NCBI GenBank assembly: GCA_009927445.1 | Contig: RFMZ01000285.1 | Span: 4,907 to 68,906 of the forward strand | From: Betaproteobacteria bacterium | GTDB lineage: Bacteria > Pseudomonadota > Gammaproteobacteria > Burkholderiales > Burkholderiaceae | Length of the DNA: 64,000 bases | Reading direction: 5' to 3' | Notes under the pieces: generated by a model | Database searches by the model: none | The model's input: the letters and a program-made list of their open reading frames with translations, nothing else | Told to the model about the DNA's origin: nothing | Position numbers and translations under genes: made by a program | Part shown: piece by piece, positions 37,500 through 47,002 of the stretch | How positions within the stretch are numbered: position 1 is the stretch's first letter | Layout of the letters: every line of letters starts with the position of its first letter

Positions 37500-38405
37500 G
37501 TGAAGATTAAAAATATTATCGATTTTATTTTACTTAGTGCATTGTGGGGTGGGTCGTATGTTTTTATGCGGTTTACAGTAGGGCACTTTGAGGCAATCGT
37601 TGTCGCCCAGTCTCGACTCTTGATAGGTGCCCTTTGCATTGGTCTTGTAATACTTTTTAGAAGAAGTCTGTGGCAACACCTGCAGTTGACGCGCTCAGAT
37701 TTTGGTACATTAAGTATTATTTCAATCTTCAATTCCACGCTACCCTTTGCCCTATTTACTTATGCTTTGCAATATTTAAATGCTGGCGTTGGGGCAATAC
37801 TTAATTCAACATCCCCCATTTGGACAGCGATTATTGGTTCACTTTGGTTACACGACTATTTAAGTAATAGTCGTAAATTTGGGTTATTGATTGGTTTTTT
37901 AGGGATTGTATTTTTAATGTGGGGTAAAACGAGCTTTGTTTCGGGTGGTTTAGGATTACCAGTCTTGGCTAGTATCGGGGTAACTATTTCATATGGCTTT
38001 GCTACAAACTATGTCAAAAAATATGGCCAGGGTATACATCCTGTCGCGATGTCATTTGTCAGCTTAGCCATCGGCGCTTGTGTTCTGGCAGTTCCTGCAT
38101 ATGCGCTTTATCCAACAGCGCCGATTCCTTGGAGTGCCTGGATGGGTATCGCAGGGCTTGGAATTGGATCAACCGGCATTGCGTACTTTTTGTATTATCG
38201 CTTGATGGAAAACACCAGTCCCACAACGGCCATTTCTACCACTTTTTTAGTGCCCGTTTTTAGTATTTTATGGGGCGATATTTTCCTCAACGAAGAGCCA
38301 ACCTTGCAGATGGTCATTGGTGGTTTAATTATTCTTTTTGGAACTGCCTTGGCAGTAGGTATTTTGCCTTTTGGGAGCAAGAAGGCGAAGTTAGCTAATA
38401 CTTAG
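37500..38405 (+). CDS. DMT/EamA family transporter
   Basis: LLSALWGGSY, GAILNSTSPIWT and TTFLVPVFSILWG; 10 TM helices. Start uncertain (GTG 37485 or 37500). Confidence 0.9.
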   Translation: MKIKNIIDFILLSALWGGSYVFMRFTVGHFEAIVVAQSRLLIGALCIGLVILFRRSLWQHLQLTRSDFGTLSIISIFNSTLPFALFTYALQYLNAGVGAILNSTSPIWTAIIGSLWLHDYLSNSRKFGLLIGFLGIVFLMWGKTSFVSGGLGLPVLASIGVTISYGFATNYVKKYGQGIHPVAMSFVSLAIGACVLAVPAYALYPTAPIPWSAWMGIAGLGIGSTGIAYFLYYRLMENTSPTTAISTTFLVPVFSILWGDIFLNEEPTLQMVIGGLIILFGTALAVGILPFGSKKAKLANT

Positions 38406-38426
38406 TTGGAGACTAAGAATCCCACC

Positions 38427-39122
38427 TTAAGGATGCCAACCTAAGTGGCGGGCCAGAAAGTCTTTGCCAAGTTGCGTTTGCGGTTGTTTAAAAAAAGACT
38501 CAGTAGAATCTACTTCTGCAACTTGACCATCTACAATCAAGATGACATATTGAGAGAGTCGTTGAACTTGACCCATATCGTGGGAAGCCATTAAAAATCG
38601 GGTACCTTGCTTAGCCAACTGGAGTATTTGATCTTCAATAAAGTCAGCTGTTGCCGGATCCATATTAGCGGTTGGTTCATCTAACACATTTAATGCTGCA
38701 TCTACCAGAACTGCCCGGGCTATAGCAACCCGTTGTTTTTCACCAGCGGAGAGTTTAGTCGCCGCTTGCTTGGCAAGATGTTCTAGATGAAACCTTTGTA
38801 GGACATCATGAATCATCTGATCATGAATTCGTGGATAGGCATCTTGCAGAATTGCTAAATTGTCACGTACCGACATTTTTAAAAAAGTGACTTGGTTGAG
38901 TAATAGGAAGATCGATTCAAAGGGGTGTTGTAGGCGCAAATTTTTATTGGTTTGTAGTCCAGATAAGGTTTTTAATAAAGAGGTCTTACCAGAACCATTT
39001 GGTCCGATGATCGCGGTAATTTGATCAATCGGGATGGAGAGATTTTTAATATCCAAGATAGCTTTGTCATGAGGCGCTAGATAGAGATTTTCTATCTCGA
39101 TTGACTGAATTAGATTAGCCAT
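38427..39122 (-). CDS. tupC: ABC ATP-binding subunit, tungstate (TupC-like)
   Basis: GPNGSGKT, LSAGEKQR and LDEPTANMD; overlaps the tupB-like permease stop. Confidence 0.7.
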   Translation of the reverse strand: MANLIQSIEIENLYLAPHDKAILDIKNLSIPIDQITAIIGPNGSGKTSLLKTLSGLQTNKNLRLQHPFESIFLLLNQVTFLKMSVRDNLAILQDAYPRIHDQMIHDVLQRFHLEHLAKQAATKLSAGEKQRVAIARAVLVDAALNVLDEPTANMDPATADFIEDQILQLAKQGTRFLMASHDMGQVQRLSQYVILIVDGQVAEVDSTESFFKQPQTQLGKDFLARHLGWHP

Positions 39123-39822
39123 AATTTTTCTCAGCAATGTGTTTCATGACGCTGGCTAGTAAATTAATCATTAAAACGATACTAATTAATACGATGCCAA
39201 GAGCTAGTGCCAAGGGTAAGTCACCTTTACTTGTTTCTAAAGAAATTGCCGTAGTCAGAGTGCGCGTAGAGTTGGCAATATTACCACCCACGATCATCAC
39301 TGTCCCAACCTCTGAAATGGCACGACCAAAACCAGCAAGGACTGCCAGTAGTAAAGAAAAGCGGCAATCCCAAAGAATCCACTTTATTTGTGAGTGATTA
39401 CTTAAGTGGAGTGTTTTTAAAGTTTCACCATGGATTGCCCAGCCGTCCGCAATAATTTGTCTTGAAATAGCCGCTATGAGTGGAATGGTTATGAGCGATT
39501 GGGCGATAATCATCCCTGTCGTAGAAAATAGTAGGCCAAGGCTACCAAGGGGTCCAGACCTAGAAAGTAATAGATAGATCAGTACGCCGATAATGACTGT
39601 AGGTACATTCATGAGCGAGTTTAAGATTGTAATGAGCCACTTTCTACCAACAAAGTCATTTGTTGCTAGGATCCCCCCTAATGGTAAGCCGATGACTGTT
39701 CCGATAACGAGTGCAGTAAGACTGACTTGTAATGAGACTCCTACAATTTCCCAAACTTGCTGATCAAAATACAGTACAAGCTCAAAAGACTGTAATAGGG
39801 TGGTCCACATTGATGGGGTCAT
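39115..39822 (-). CDS. tupB: ABC permease, tungstate (TupB-like)
   Basis: LLSRSGPLGSLGLLFS, LAGFGRAISEVG, VGGNI...TRTLTTAISLETSKGDL. Confidence 0.8.
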   Translation of the reverse strand: MTPSMWTTLLQSFELVLYFDQQVWEIVGVSLQVSLTALVIGTVIGLPLGGILATNDFVGRKWLITILNSLMNVPTVIIGVLIYLLLSRSGPLGSLGLLFSTTGMIIAQSLITIPLIAAISRQIIADGWAIHGETLKTLHLSNHSQIKWILWDCRFSLLLAVLAGFGRAISEVGTVMIVGGNIANSTRTLTTAISLETSKGDLPLALALGIVLISIVLMINLLASVMKHIAEKNYG

Positions 39823-39965
39823 TTGCTATCAGAAATGATCCAACGCAGCGGATATGGATATTGTTTCATAGGAACTCCATGATAAAACAATCAATTCAAA
39901 GATGCCAACTCCGAGTAAAATAGGGGGTTTACATGAAACTTACAGTTAATCAAAAAAGGAATCAT

Positions 39966-40436
39966 ATGAAATTTTTTGCACAATGGATAGTTTTTATGAG
40001 TGTCTTTTTATGGACTCAGCAGGTATTTTCTCAAGCCAACAATCCCATTCAAATTTCCGATGCCTATGCCCGAGCGACTAGTCCGGGGCAGGTGGTTGGC
40101 GCTGGTTATTTGACCATTTCTAATCTTGCTAATACCAATGACCGCTTACTTTCAGCCAGTTTTACGCGGGTAGGCCAGGTTCAAATCCATGAAATGAAAA
40201 TGGAAGGTGATCGGATGATGATGCGTGAGTTAAATGGGCTTGATATTCCTGCTAAGGGGAGTGCGCAACTCAAACCTGGAGGTAATCATTTAATGTTTAT
40301 GCAACTCAAAGAACCTTTTAAAGAAGGTGAAGTTTTACAAGTTCAATTGCAATTTGAAAAAGCTGGTAAGGTTGATATAAAGCTACCCATCAAGGCTATG
40401 GGGCATTCTGGGATGGGGCACTCTAAAAATCACTAA
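39966..40436 (+). CDS. Periplasmic copper chaperone PCu(A)C
   Basis: Signal peptide; AYARAT, DRLLSA, H-E-M...M-M-M copper motif (IHEMKMEGDRMMMRE), LKPGGNHLMF and a His/Met tail; SD AAAGGA at 39955. Confidence 0.92.
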   Translation: MKFFAQWIVFMSVFLWTQQVFSQANNPIQISDAYARATSPGQVVGAGYLTISNLANTNDRLLSASFTRVGQVQIHEMKMEGDRMMMRELNGLDIPAKGSAQLKPGGNHLMFMQLKEPFKEGEVLQVQLQFEKAGKVDIKLPIKAMGHSGMGHSKNH

Positions 40437-40472
40437 GTTCAATACCAAGTGCATCATGAATTTAAACCACCC

Positions 40473-40508
40473 AATCATCGAACGCTTCTCGCCAAGCGTT
40501 CGATGATT
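40473..40508. terminator. Perfect 15-bp hairpin between the convergent PCu(A)C and ilvD genes
   Basis: aatcatcgaacgctt / aagcgttcgatgatt with loop ctcgcc; no clear U-tract on either side. Confidence 0.5.
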
Positions 40509-40515
40509 AGCAAGA

Positions 40516-42225
40516 CTATTTATCAAGCTCAAGATTCAGGTCTGTCACTGCCCCAAGACTAGCAGAGCTAGCCAGCTTGGCGTATTTGGCTAAAATTCCA
40601 CGCGTGTAGCGCGGTTGTGGCTTTTTCCAAAGACTTCTTCGTCGAGCAATTTCTTCTTCGCTGACATTTAATTGGATCAATAGTTGATGAGCATCGATTG
40701 TGATGGAGTCATTTTCTTGTATCAGTGCGATCGTACCACCGACATAAGCCTCTGGAGAAACATGACCAACGACCATACCCCAAGTACCTCCTGAAAAACG
40801 TCCATCAGTGATTAGCCCGACTGTTTCTCCTAAGCCTTGACCAATCAGAGCGGAAGTGGGAGAAAGCATTTCACGCATGCCAGGCCCGCCCTTAGGTCCT
40901 TCATAACGAATAATAACGACATCGCCATGCGTAATTTGGTTTTTCATAATAGCGGCCATCGCATCATCCTCGGAATCAAAGACTCTTGCTGGACCGGTAA
41001 TACTTGGATTTTTAAGTCCAGAAATCTTGGCAACACAACCTTCTGGAGAAATATTGCCTTTTAGAATCGCCAAGTGACCTTCGGCATACATTGGATTAGA
41101 TATTGGGCGAATTACAAATTGGTCTGCTCTTGGGGTTGAGGGGATATCTTGGAGTGTTTGGCCAATTGTTTTACCCGTAATCGTTATACAGTCTGCGTGG
41201 AGTAGTCCTGCATCTAAGAGAATTTTCATGACTTGGGGAATTCCTCCCGCAAGGTGTAAATCTGTGGCGAGATATTTGCCGGAGGGCTTCATATCAACAA
41301 GGACTGGAACTTTGCGGCGAATGCGTTCAAAATCATCGATTGTCCAAGGCACCTCAGCGGCGCTAGCGATTGCGAGGAAATGCAGGACAGCATTGGTTGA
41401 GCCGCCCACAGCCATAATGACACTAACGGCATTCTCAATGGATTTTTTAGTAATGATATCGCGTGGGCAGAGGTTATTTTTTACGGCTTCAATGAGAACG
41501 CGGGCCGACTCAGCCGCACTTGCGACCTTTTCATCATCAATATTTGACATGGTTGAAGAATAGGGTAGACTCATTCCGAGCGCTTCAAACGCTGAGCTCA
41601 TTGTATTGGCCGTATACATTCCACCGCAGGATCCGCTACTAGGGCAGGCATTTTGCTCGATGGCTTTAAAGTCCACTTCGTTCATCCTACCCGAGGTAAA
41701 TTCTCCGACCGCTTCGAAAGCCGATACGATGTTTAGTTCGCGACCCTGGTAGTGGCCAGGTTTAATGGTGCCACCATAGACATAAATACTAGGAACATTA
41801 GTTCTCGCCATGGCCATCATGCCCCCGGGCATATTTTTATCGCAGCCGCCAACCACGAGAACGCCATCTTGCCAGAGGCCATTGACGCAAGTTTCGATAC
41901 TATCGGCGATAACCTCGCGGGATATTAAGGAGTATTTCATGCCCTCAGTGCCCATGCCCATTCCATCGGATATCGTTGGCGTACCAAAAATTTGGGCATT
42001 TGCCCCGCCAGCCTCTAAGGCGTCTACGGCTGCATCGGCTAAACGTTGTAGTCCACTATTGCAGGGTGTGATGGTTGAGTGCCCATTCGCGACCCCAATC
42101 ATTGGTTTTTGAAAGTCGCCTTCTTGATAGCCCATGGCGTAGTACATCGATCGGTTAGGGGCTCTTGCGACACCTTCTGTAATATTTCGTGAACGACGAT
42201 TGCTAGGACTTGGGTCTTTAGACAT
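40516..42225 (-). CDS. ilvD: Dihydroxy-acid dehydratase
   Basis: [50 protein letters not shown] and ITDGRFSG. Start at MSKDPS (42225). Confidence 0.96.
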   Translation of the reverse strand: MSKDPSPSNRRSRNITEGVARAPNRSMYYAMGYQEGDFQKPMIGVANGHSTITPCNSGLQRLADAAVDALEAGGANAQIFGTPTISDGMGMGTEGMKYSLISREVIADSIETCVNGLWQDGVLVVGGCDKNMPGGMMAMARTNVPSIYVYGGTIKPGHYQGRELNIVSAFEAVGEFTSGRMNEVDFKAIEQNACPSSGSCGGMYTANTMSSAFEALGMSLPYSSTMSNIDDEKVASAAESARVLIEAVKNNLCPRDIITKKSIENAVSVIMAVGGSTNAVLHFLAIASAAEVPWTIDDFERIRRKVPVLVDMKPSGKYLATDLHLAGGIPQVMKILLDAGLLHADCITITGKTIGQTLQDIPSTPRADQFVIRPISNPMYAEGHLAILKGNISPEGCVAKISGLKNPSITGPARVFDSEDDAMAAIMKNQITHGDVVIIRYEGPKGGPGMREMLSPTSALIGQGLGETVGLITDGRFSGGTWGMVVGHVSPEAYVGGTIALIQENDSITIDAHQLLIQLNVSEEEIARRRSLWKKPQPRYTRGILAKYAKLASSASLGAVTDLNLELDK

Positions 42226-42369
42226 CTGGGTCTCCGAGAAGTTGAAGTAATATAAAACCGATAAAAACCGAATAAAAACTTTTTCTTTTTCTATTTTACT
42301 GTGCGCCATGAAATTCATCGTGGACAATAGCTTTTTTAGTAGTATTTCACCAAATGGGTATGCTTAAGT

Positions 42370-43569
42370 ATGGAAAAATATGACGTAATCATCGTTGGTG
42401 CTGGAGCTGCTGGTCTCTTTTGTGCTGGGGTAGCTGGGCAATTAGGACGGCGTGTTTTGCTGTTGGATCATGCAGAGATTTTAGGGGAGAAAATCCGAAT
42501 TAGTGGTGGTGGAAGGTGTAATTTTACGAATTTACACTCTAGTCCCAAGAATTTTTTAGCCATGAACCCGCACTTTGTCAAAGGACCTTTAGCGAGGTAT
42601 ACAAGTCAACACTTCATTAATTTAGTACAAGAGTATGGCATCGCTTTTCATGAAAAACATCAGGGGCAGTTATTTTGTGATGGGTCAGCCAAGGCAATTA
42701 TTGAGTTACTCCTCAAAGAGTGCCAAATTGGAAAAGTAGAGTTACGCCATCCTATTGTCGTTCAAGCCATCAGTCAACACGAATCAGATTGGCTTGTGAA
42801 CACCCATCAAGGAGATTTTTTAGGCAGTAATTTAGTCATTGCCACGGGTGGCTTGCCCGTACCTGCAATTGGGGCGAGTGACTTTGCACTGCAATTTGCC
42901 AAGCAGCAAAATATTCCAATAGTTGATCCACGTCCTGCCTTAGTGCCGCTGGCATTTACCTCTGGAATTTTCTCATCGATGGAGGAATTTGCTGGTTTGA
43001 GCGTGACAGTTGAGATAAGCGCTGGGAGTGTAAAAAAACATTATGGGCTGGGTCATTTTCGGGAGGATTTGTTAATTACCCACAAGGGTTTATCAGGCCC
43101 TGCGGTGTTGCAGGCTAGTTCATATTGGCGTGAAGGTGAGACTTTGCAAATTGTTTGGTTTGACGAGTCGAAGTGGCGTGAGATCTGTGACGCTGATGCC
43201 AATCGCGCTCGCACGGTAGACAACTTATTAACAGAGTTTTTCCCAGCTCGACTAGCCCGTGAGTTTGCAAGGCAATTGGGTTTACAAGATAAAAAATGGG
43301 CTGAGGTCTCTGGTAAAAACAAAGCAGCGTTACTGGATTTATTAGCGCATTGGTCTGTTAAGCCTGCTGGTACTTTAGGTTGGAATAAAGCGGAGGTAAT
43401 GGTTGGTGGGGTCGATACGACTGCACTCGATAGTCGGACGATGATGGTGAAGAGTCAGCCGGGATTATTTTTTATTGGCGAGTGTGTTGATGTGACTGGG
43501 CACTTAGGCGGACATAATTTTCAATGGGCCTGGTCTAGTGCGTATGTTTGCGCTCATGGGCTTCTTTAA
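42370..43569 (+). CDS. HI0933/YhiN family flavoprotein (NAD(P)/FAD-dependent oxidoreductase)
   Basis: VGAGAAGL, KIRISGGGRCNFTN, LITHKGLSGPAVL, AEVMVGGV and GGHNFQWAWSS. Confidence 0.92.
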   Translation: MEKYDVIIVGAGAAGLFCAGVAGQLGRRVLLLDHAEILGEKIRISGGGRCNFTNLHSSPKNFLAMNPHFVKGPLARYTSQHFINLVQEYGIAFHEKHQGQLFCDGSAKAIIELLLKECQIGKVELRHPIVVQAISQHESDWLVNTHQGDFLGSNLVIATGGLPVPAIGASDFALQFAKQQNIPIVDPRPALVPLAFTSGIFSSMEEFAGLSVTVEISAGSVKKHYGLGHFREDLLITHKGLSGPAVLQASSYWREGETLQIVWFDESKWREICDADANRARTVDNLLTEFFPARLAREFARQLGLQDKKWAEVSGKNKAALLDLLAHWSVKPAGTLGWNKAEVMVGGVDTTALDSRTMMVKSQPGLFFIGECVDVTGHLGGHNFQWAWSSAYVCAHGLL

Positions 43570-44114
43570 GCCAATGATTTTTCAAGGCAGGAAAAAGTTT
43601 CAGGGACAGTTTGAACAATTTGAATTTTCTCAAAGTGCGATTCGCTCATGAGCCCATGTTGCACGCTTTGCTGTAAAAAATGGATAAGTCCGTCATAGTA
43701 ACCAGACCAATTGGCTAAGATGATCGGTTTTTTGTGAAAGCCTATTTGGGCCGTAGCCCAGACCTCAAATAACTCATCAAAGGTTCCTATCCCGCCGGGG
43801 ATAATTACAAATGCATTTGCCATATTCGACATCATTTCTTTACGTTCGCTCATAGTCTGCACATAATGCAGTTCAGTAAGTTGAGCCATATTGGCTTGTT
43901 CGGTTTGCAGGCCGTGGGGAGTAATCCCAATGACTCTGCCTTGTTGGTGGAGAGCACCTTGGGCTAGTTGACCCATGAGACCATTCCCACCACCCCCGAA
44001 AACAAGAGTCCAATTGCGGGTAGCGATACCCTGACCCAGGTCTTTTGCCCAAGTTGACCATTGGTCAGTACTCCCTGGGCGTGAACCACAAAAAACGCAA
44101 ATATTTTTATTCAT
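43566..44114 (-). CDS. LOG family nucleotide 5'-monophosphate nucleosidase (Rossman-fold, TIGR00730-like)
   Basis: ICVFCGS, GGGGNGLMG, MSERK and PGGIGTFDELFE. Confidence 0.9.
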   Translation of the reverse strand: MNKNICVFCGSRPGSTDQWSTWAKDLGQGIATRNWTLVFGGGGNGLMGQLAQGALHQQGRVIGITPHGLQTEQANMAQLTELHYVQTMSERKEMMSNMANAFVIIPGGIGTFDELFEVWATAQIGFHKKPIILANWSGYYDGLIHFLQQSVQHGLMSESHFEKIQIVQTVPETFSCLEKSLA

Positions 44115-44275
44115 GGCGATAGAATAACCTGTTTAGTTAACGAATAAAAGAGTTGCATGGTTCAGTTAATCAAGATTGGGTAAAAGTCAAACGACTTGTT
44201 TACAATGGAGTCAGATAGTGACTTTTTTAGTGAAGAAAAGTCAATCTTTATTTTGTAACCTTTTGATAAGAAGAA

Positions 44276-44875
44276 ATGATAATGACTAGTAAATTAAATG
44301 AAGCTGCACTGAACCAATTATTTATTGATGGCAGAACTGTGCACGGTTTTTTGCCTGACGAGATTACTGATGCTCAGATCCACGAAATTTATGATCTCAT
44401 CAAATGGGCGCCAACAGCGTTCAATTTACAAGCTGCCAGATTTGTTTTTTTAAAATCTAAGGAAGCCAAGGCTAGATTGATGCCAGCATTAACTCCTGGT
44501 AATGTCCCGCAAGTTGAGAGTGCTGGAGTGACTGTCATTATTGCTTACGACACACAGTTTTATGAGCATTTACCCAGCCAATTTACAGCGATGGATGCCA
44601 AAGCTATTTTTGATAAAAATCCAGAGGCTGCGAATATTGCCGGCTTTCGAAATGGTTCTATGCAGGGTGGTTATTTAATCTTAGGTGCTCGAGCACTTGG
44701 TTATGCCTGTGGTGCTATGTCGGGTTTTGATAATGCGAAAGTGAATGCCGAGTTTTTTGCCGATGGTCGTTTTAAATCCAATTTTTTACTTAATATTGGA
44801 CATCAGGCTGACACTACTAAAATTTGGCCACGTGGTCCGCGTCTAGCGTTTGATCAGGTTGCTCAAATCTTGTAA
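44276..44875 (+). CDS. Nitroreductase, RutE (malonic semialdehyde reductase)-like
   Basis: QLFIDGRT, WAPTAFN.Q.ARFVF, FRNGSMQGGYLI, GAMSGFDN and PRGPRLAF. Start 44276 or 44282. Confidence 0.88.
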   Translation: MIMTSKLNEAALNQLFIDGRTVHGFLPDEITDAQIHEIYDLIKWAPTAFNLQAARFVFLKSKEAKARLMPALTPGNVPQVESAGVTVIIAYDTQFYEHLPSQFTAMDAKAIFDKNPEAANIAGFRNGSMQGGYLILGARALGYACGAMSGFDNAKVNAEFFADGRFKSNFLLNIGHQADTTKIWPRGPRLAFDQVAQIL

Positions 44876-44879
44876 TAGT

Positions 44880-44907
44880 ATTGAGTAACCTATTTGGTTA
44901 ACTCAAT
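44880..44907 (+). terminator. Hairpin just after the nitroreductase stop (probable terminator)
   Basis: attgagt-aacc / ggtt-a-actcaat, 11 bp with one bulge, followed by gttt. Confidence 0.5.
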
Positions 44908-44980
44908 GTTTACGGTTACTTCATACTTGCTTTAACTCAATGCTTATGAGTTGGATTGGTTTGAATAGCAAGGGGGGGGA

Positions 44981-45361
44981 GTGATGTGGCAATCGATAGC
45001 GGCAATTAGCCTTGGCGCTTCCTTAGGGGCTGTATTGCGATGGACTTTTGGTATTTTGCTCAATCCAATGTATTCAGCCATTCCGCTTGGCACCGTATGT
45101 GCAAATTTATTGGGGGGCTATTTGATTGGCTTAGCCTTGGCGGTTTTTGAGCAACACGCTGAAATAGCTCCTGAGTGGCGTCTACTCATTATTACGGGTT
45201 TTTTGGGAGGATTAACTACTTTTTCGACATTTTCCGCAGAGGTCACAAAAATGTTGCACGATGGATCGTTCGCTGTAGCGTTTGGAACGATTTTGATTCA
45301 TGTAGTTGGGTCGATTATGTTGACAATCTTAGGTATTTATACCTATCAATTTTTTAAATAA
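44981..45361 (+). CDS. crcB: Fluoride channel CrcB/Fluc
   Basis: [19 protein letters not shown] and [14 protein letters not shown]. Confidence 0.95.
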   Translation: MMWQSIAAISLGASLGAVLRWTFGILLNPMYSAIPLGTVCANLLGGYLIGLALAVFEQHAEIAPEWRLLIITGFLGGLTTFSTFSAEVTKMLHDGSFAVAFGTILIHVVGSIMLTILGIYTYQFFK

Positions 45362-45372
45362 GGATTTATCGA

Positions 45373-45897
45373 ATGGCAATTTATCAATTAGGAGATTTAG
45401 TCCCAGAAATTGATCCAACGGCATTTATTGCCCCTGAGGCAACAATCATCGGAAAAGTAATTGTTGGAACGTATTCAACAGTATGGGCTGGTGTTGTGAT
45501 CCGGGGAGATAATGAACCAATTACGATTGGGAACTCCACGAACATTCAAGAGGGTGCAGTTTTGCACGTTGACAAGGGCTTTCCATTAACGCTCGGTAAT
45601 GATGTCACAATTGGTCACCAGGTCATGTTGCATGGCTGTACGATTGAAGATGGGGCATTGATTGGAATTCAAGCAGTTGTTTTAAATAACGCGGTAATTG
45701 GTAAAGAATCTTTAGTGGGGGCTGGAGCGGTAGTCACTGAAGGCAAGGTATTTCCGCCGAGGTCCCTGATTTTAGGTTCGCCAGCAAAGGTGGTTCGGGC
45801 ATTAACGGATGAGGACATTGCGCGAATGTCCAAGGCTGCGCAGGGATATGCGAAGAGAGCAACTGTATTCAAAGAGACGTTAAAGAAAATTGGATAA
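45373..45897 (+). CDS. Gamma-carbonic-anhydrase family protein (hexapeptide repeats)
   Basis: IRGDNEPI, NIQEGAVLH, VTIGHQVMLHGC and LILGSPAKVVR. Confidence 0.92.
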   Translation: MAIYQLGDLVPEIDPTAFIAPEATIIGKVIVGTYSTVWAGVVIRGDNEPITIGNSTNIQEGAVLHVDKGFPLTLGNDVTIGHQVMLHGCTIEDGALIGIQAVVLNNAVIGKESLVGAGAVVTEGKVFPPRSLILGSPAKVVRALTDEDIARMSKAAQGYAKRATVFKETLKKIG

Positions 45898-45907
45898 GGA
45901 TGAAAAA

Positions 45908-46204
45908 ATGATTTTAGAAATAGCTGATATTACGATTGGGGCAGGTAAAAATGTTGAATTTGAAGAGGCCATTGAGCGAGGCGTTCGAGAGGTTATTCAA
46001 AACGCCAAGGGTTTTTTAGGTTTTCATATCCAAAAGGGGATAGAAAGTCCGAATCGATACATATTGATGATACAGTGGCAGACTTTAGAAAACCACACCG
46101 TTGACTTTCGTGAGTCGCCTGCTTTTGCTGTCTGGCGCGGCATTGTTGGGCCTTACTTTGAAAAGCCACCATCTGTCGAACATTTCAGTTTGCTCGCTAG
46201 TTAA
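45908..46204 (+). CDS. Antibiotic biosynthesis monooxygenase (ABM) family protein
   Basis: MILEIADI...GIESPNRY...WQTLENHTVDFRESPAF pattern; 98 aa. Confidence 0.82.
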   Translation: MILEIADITIGAGKNVEFEEAIERGVREVIQNAKGFLGFHIQKGIESPNRYILMIQWQTLENHTVDFRESPAFAVWRGIVGPYFEKPPSVEHFSLLAS

Positions 46205-46224
46205 GTTGCTCAGGGCTTTGAGGG

Positions 46225-46995
46225 CTATAAGGGCTTTTTAGCGATTGATTGATCGGAGTTCAGTTGAATTTCTTGCAGGCTTGGTGTTAGGGCCAAACGT
46301 TCATCAAACACAAAACAGTCTCCTTGATAAAAAGTTTGACCAACCTGCTCGAAATAATTGAGAATACCACCCTCGAGTTGAAGGGTGTTCTCTATCCCAA
46401 TCTCTTGCATGAAGAGGTTGGCCTTTTCGCAGCGAATACCTCCAGTACAAAAACTGATCACGGTTTTATCTGTGAGTACAGCTTGATTTTTTTCTAGAGC
46501 AGATGGAAATTCGCTAAATTGTTTTAAATCAAAATGGACGGCATTTTTAAAAGTACCAAATGCTACCTCAAAGCTGTTGCGAGTATCCAATAAGAGTATT
46601 GGACGATTTACATCATCATGTCCTTGTTTAAGCCATTGTTGAAGTTTTTCTGGTGTAATACTAGGTGCTCGTTTTTCATAGGCATGGATCGTCGGATGAT
46701 TCATGCGAATAATTTCAGGTTTAATTTTGACAAGCATTTTTTTATAGGGTTGGTACTCAGACCAGCTATTTTTAGTGGTTATATTTTCAAACGCTGGGAT
46801 TTTACAAAGCCACTCTAACCAGGAAGTAATATTTTCTTTCGGTGCGGCCAAGAAAAGATTAATCCCCTCAGAGGCAATGATTATCGTACCTTTGATGCCT
46901 AGATTGATAGCTTGTTCAAGTAAATCATCTCGCAACGTAGAAAGATTTTCAAGAACACCAAAGCGATAGGCTGAAATATTCAGAATCGGCTGCAT
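46225..46995 (-). CDS. Rhodanese-domain sulfurtransferase, TrhO/YceA-like (tRNA uridine hydroxylation)
   Basis: KGTIIIASEGIN, LDTRNSFE..GTFKNA, FCTGGIRCEKA and FVFDER. Confidence 0.85.
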   Translation of the reverse strand: MQPILNISAYRFGVLENLSTLRDDLLEQAINLGIKGTIIIASEGINLFLAAPKENITSWLEWLCKIPAFENITTKNSWSEYQPYKKMLVKIKPEIIRMNHPTIHAYEKRAPSITPEKLQQWLKQGHDDVNRPILLLDTRNSFEVAFGTFKNAVHFDLKQFSEFPSALEKNQAVLTDKTVISFCTGGIRCEKANLFMQEIGIENTLQLEGGILNYFEQVGQTFYQGDCFVFDERLALTPSLQEIQLNSDQSIAKKPL

Positions 46996-47002
46996 GGGTT
47001 AT

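Noticed and set aside
39823-39965. Moco/Tuco riboswitch or ModE box upstream of tupB
   Set aside because: No matching stem architecture and no convincing ModE palindrome in the short divergent spacer.
44876-44980. Fluoride riboswitch upstream of crcB
   Set aside because: The expected GATGG..pseudoknot..GCTGATGAC-type consensus is not recognisable.
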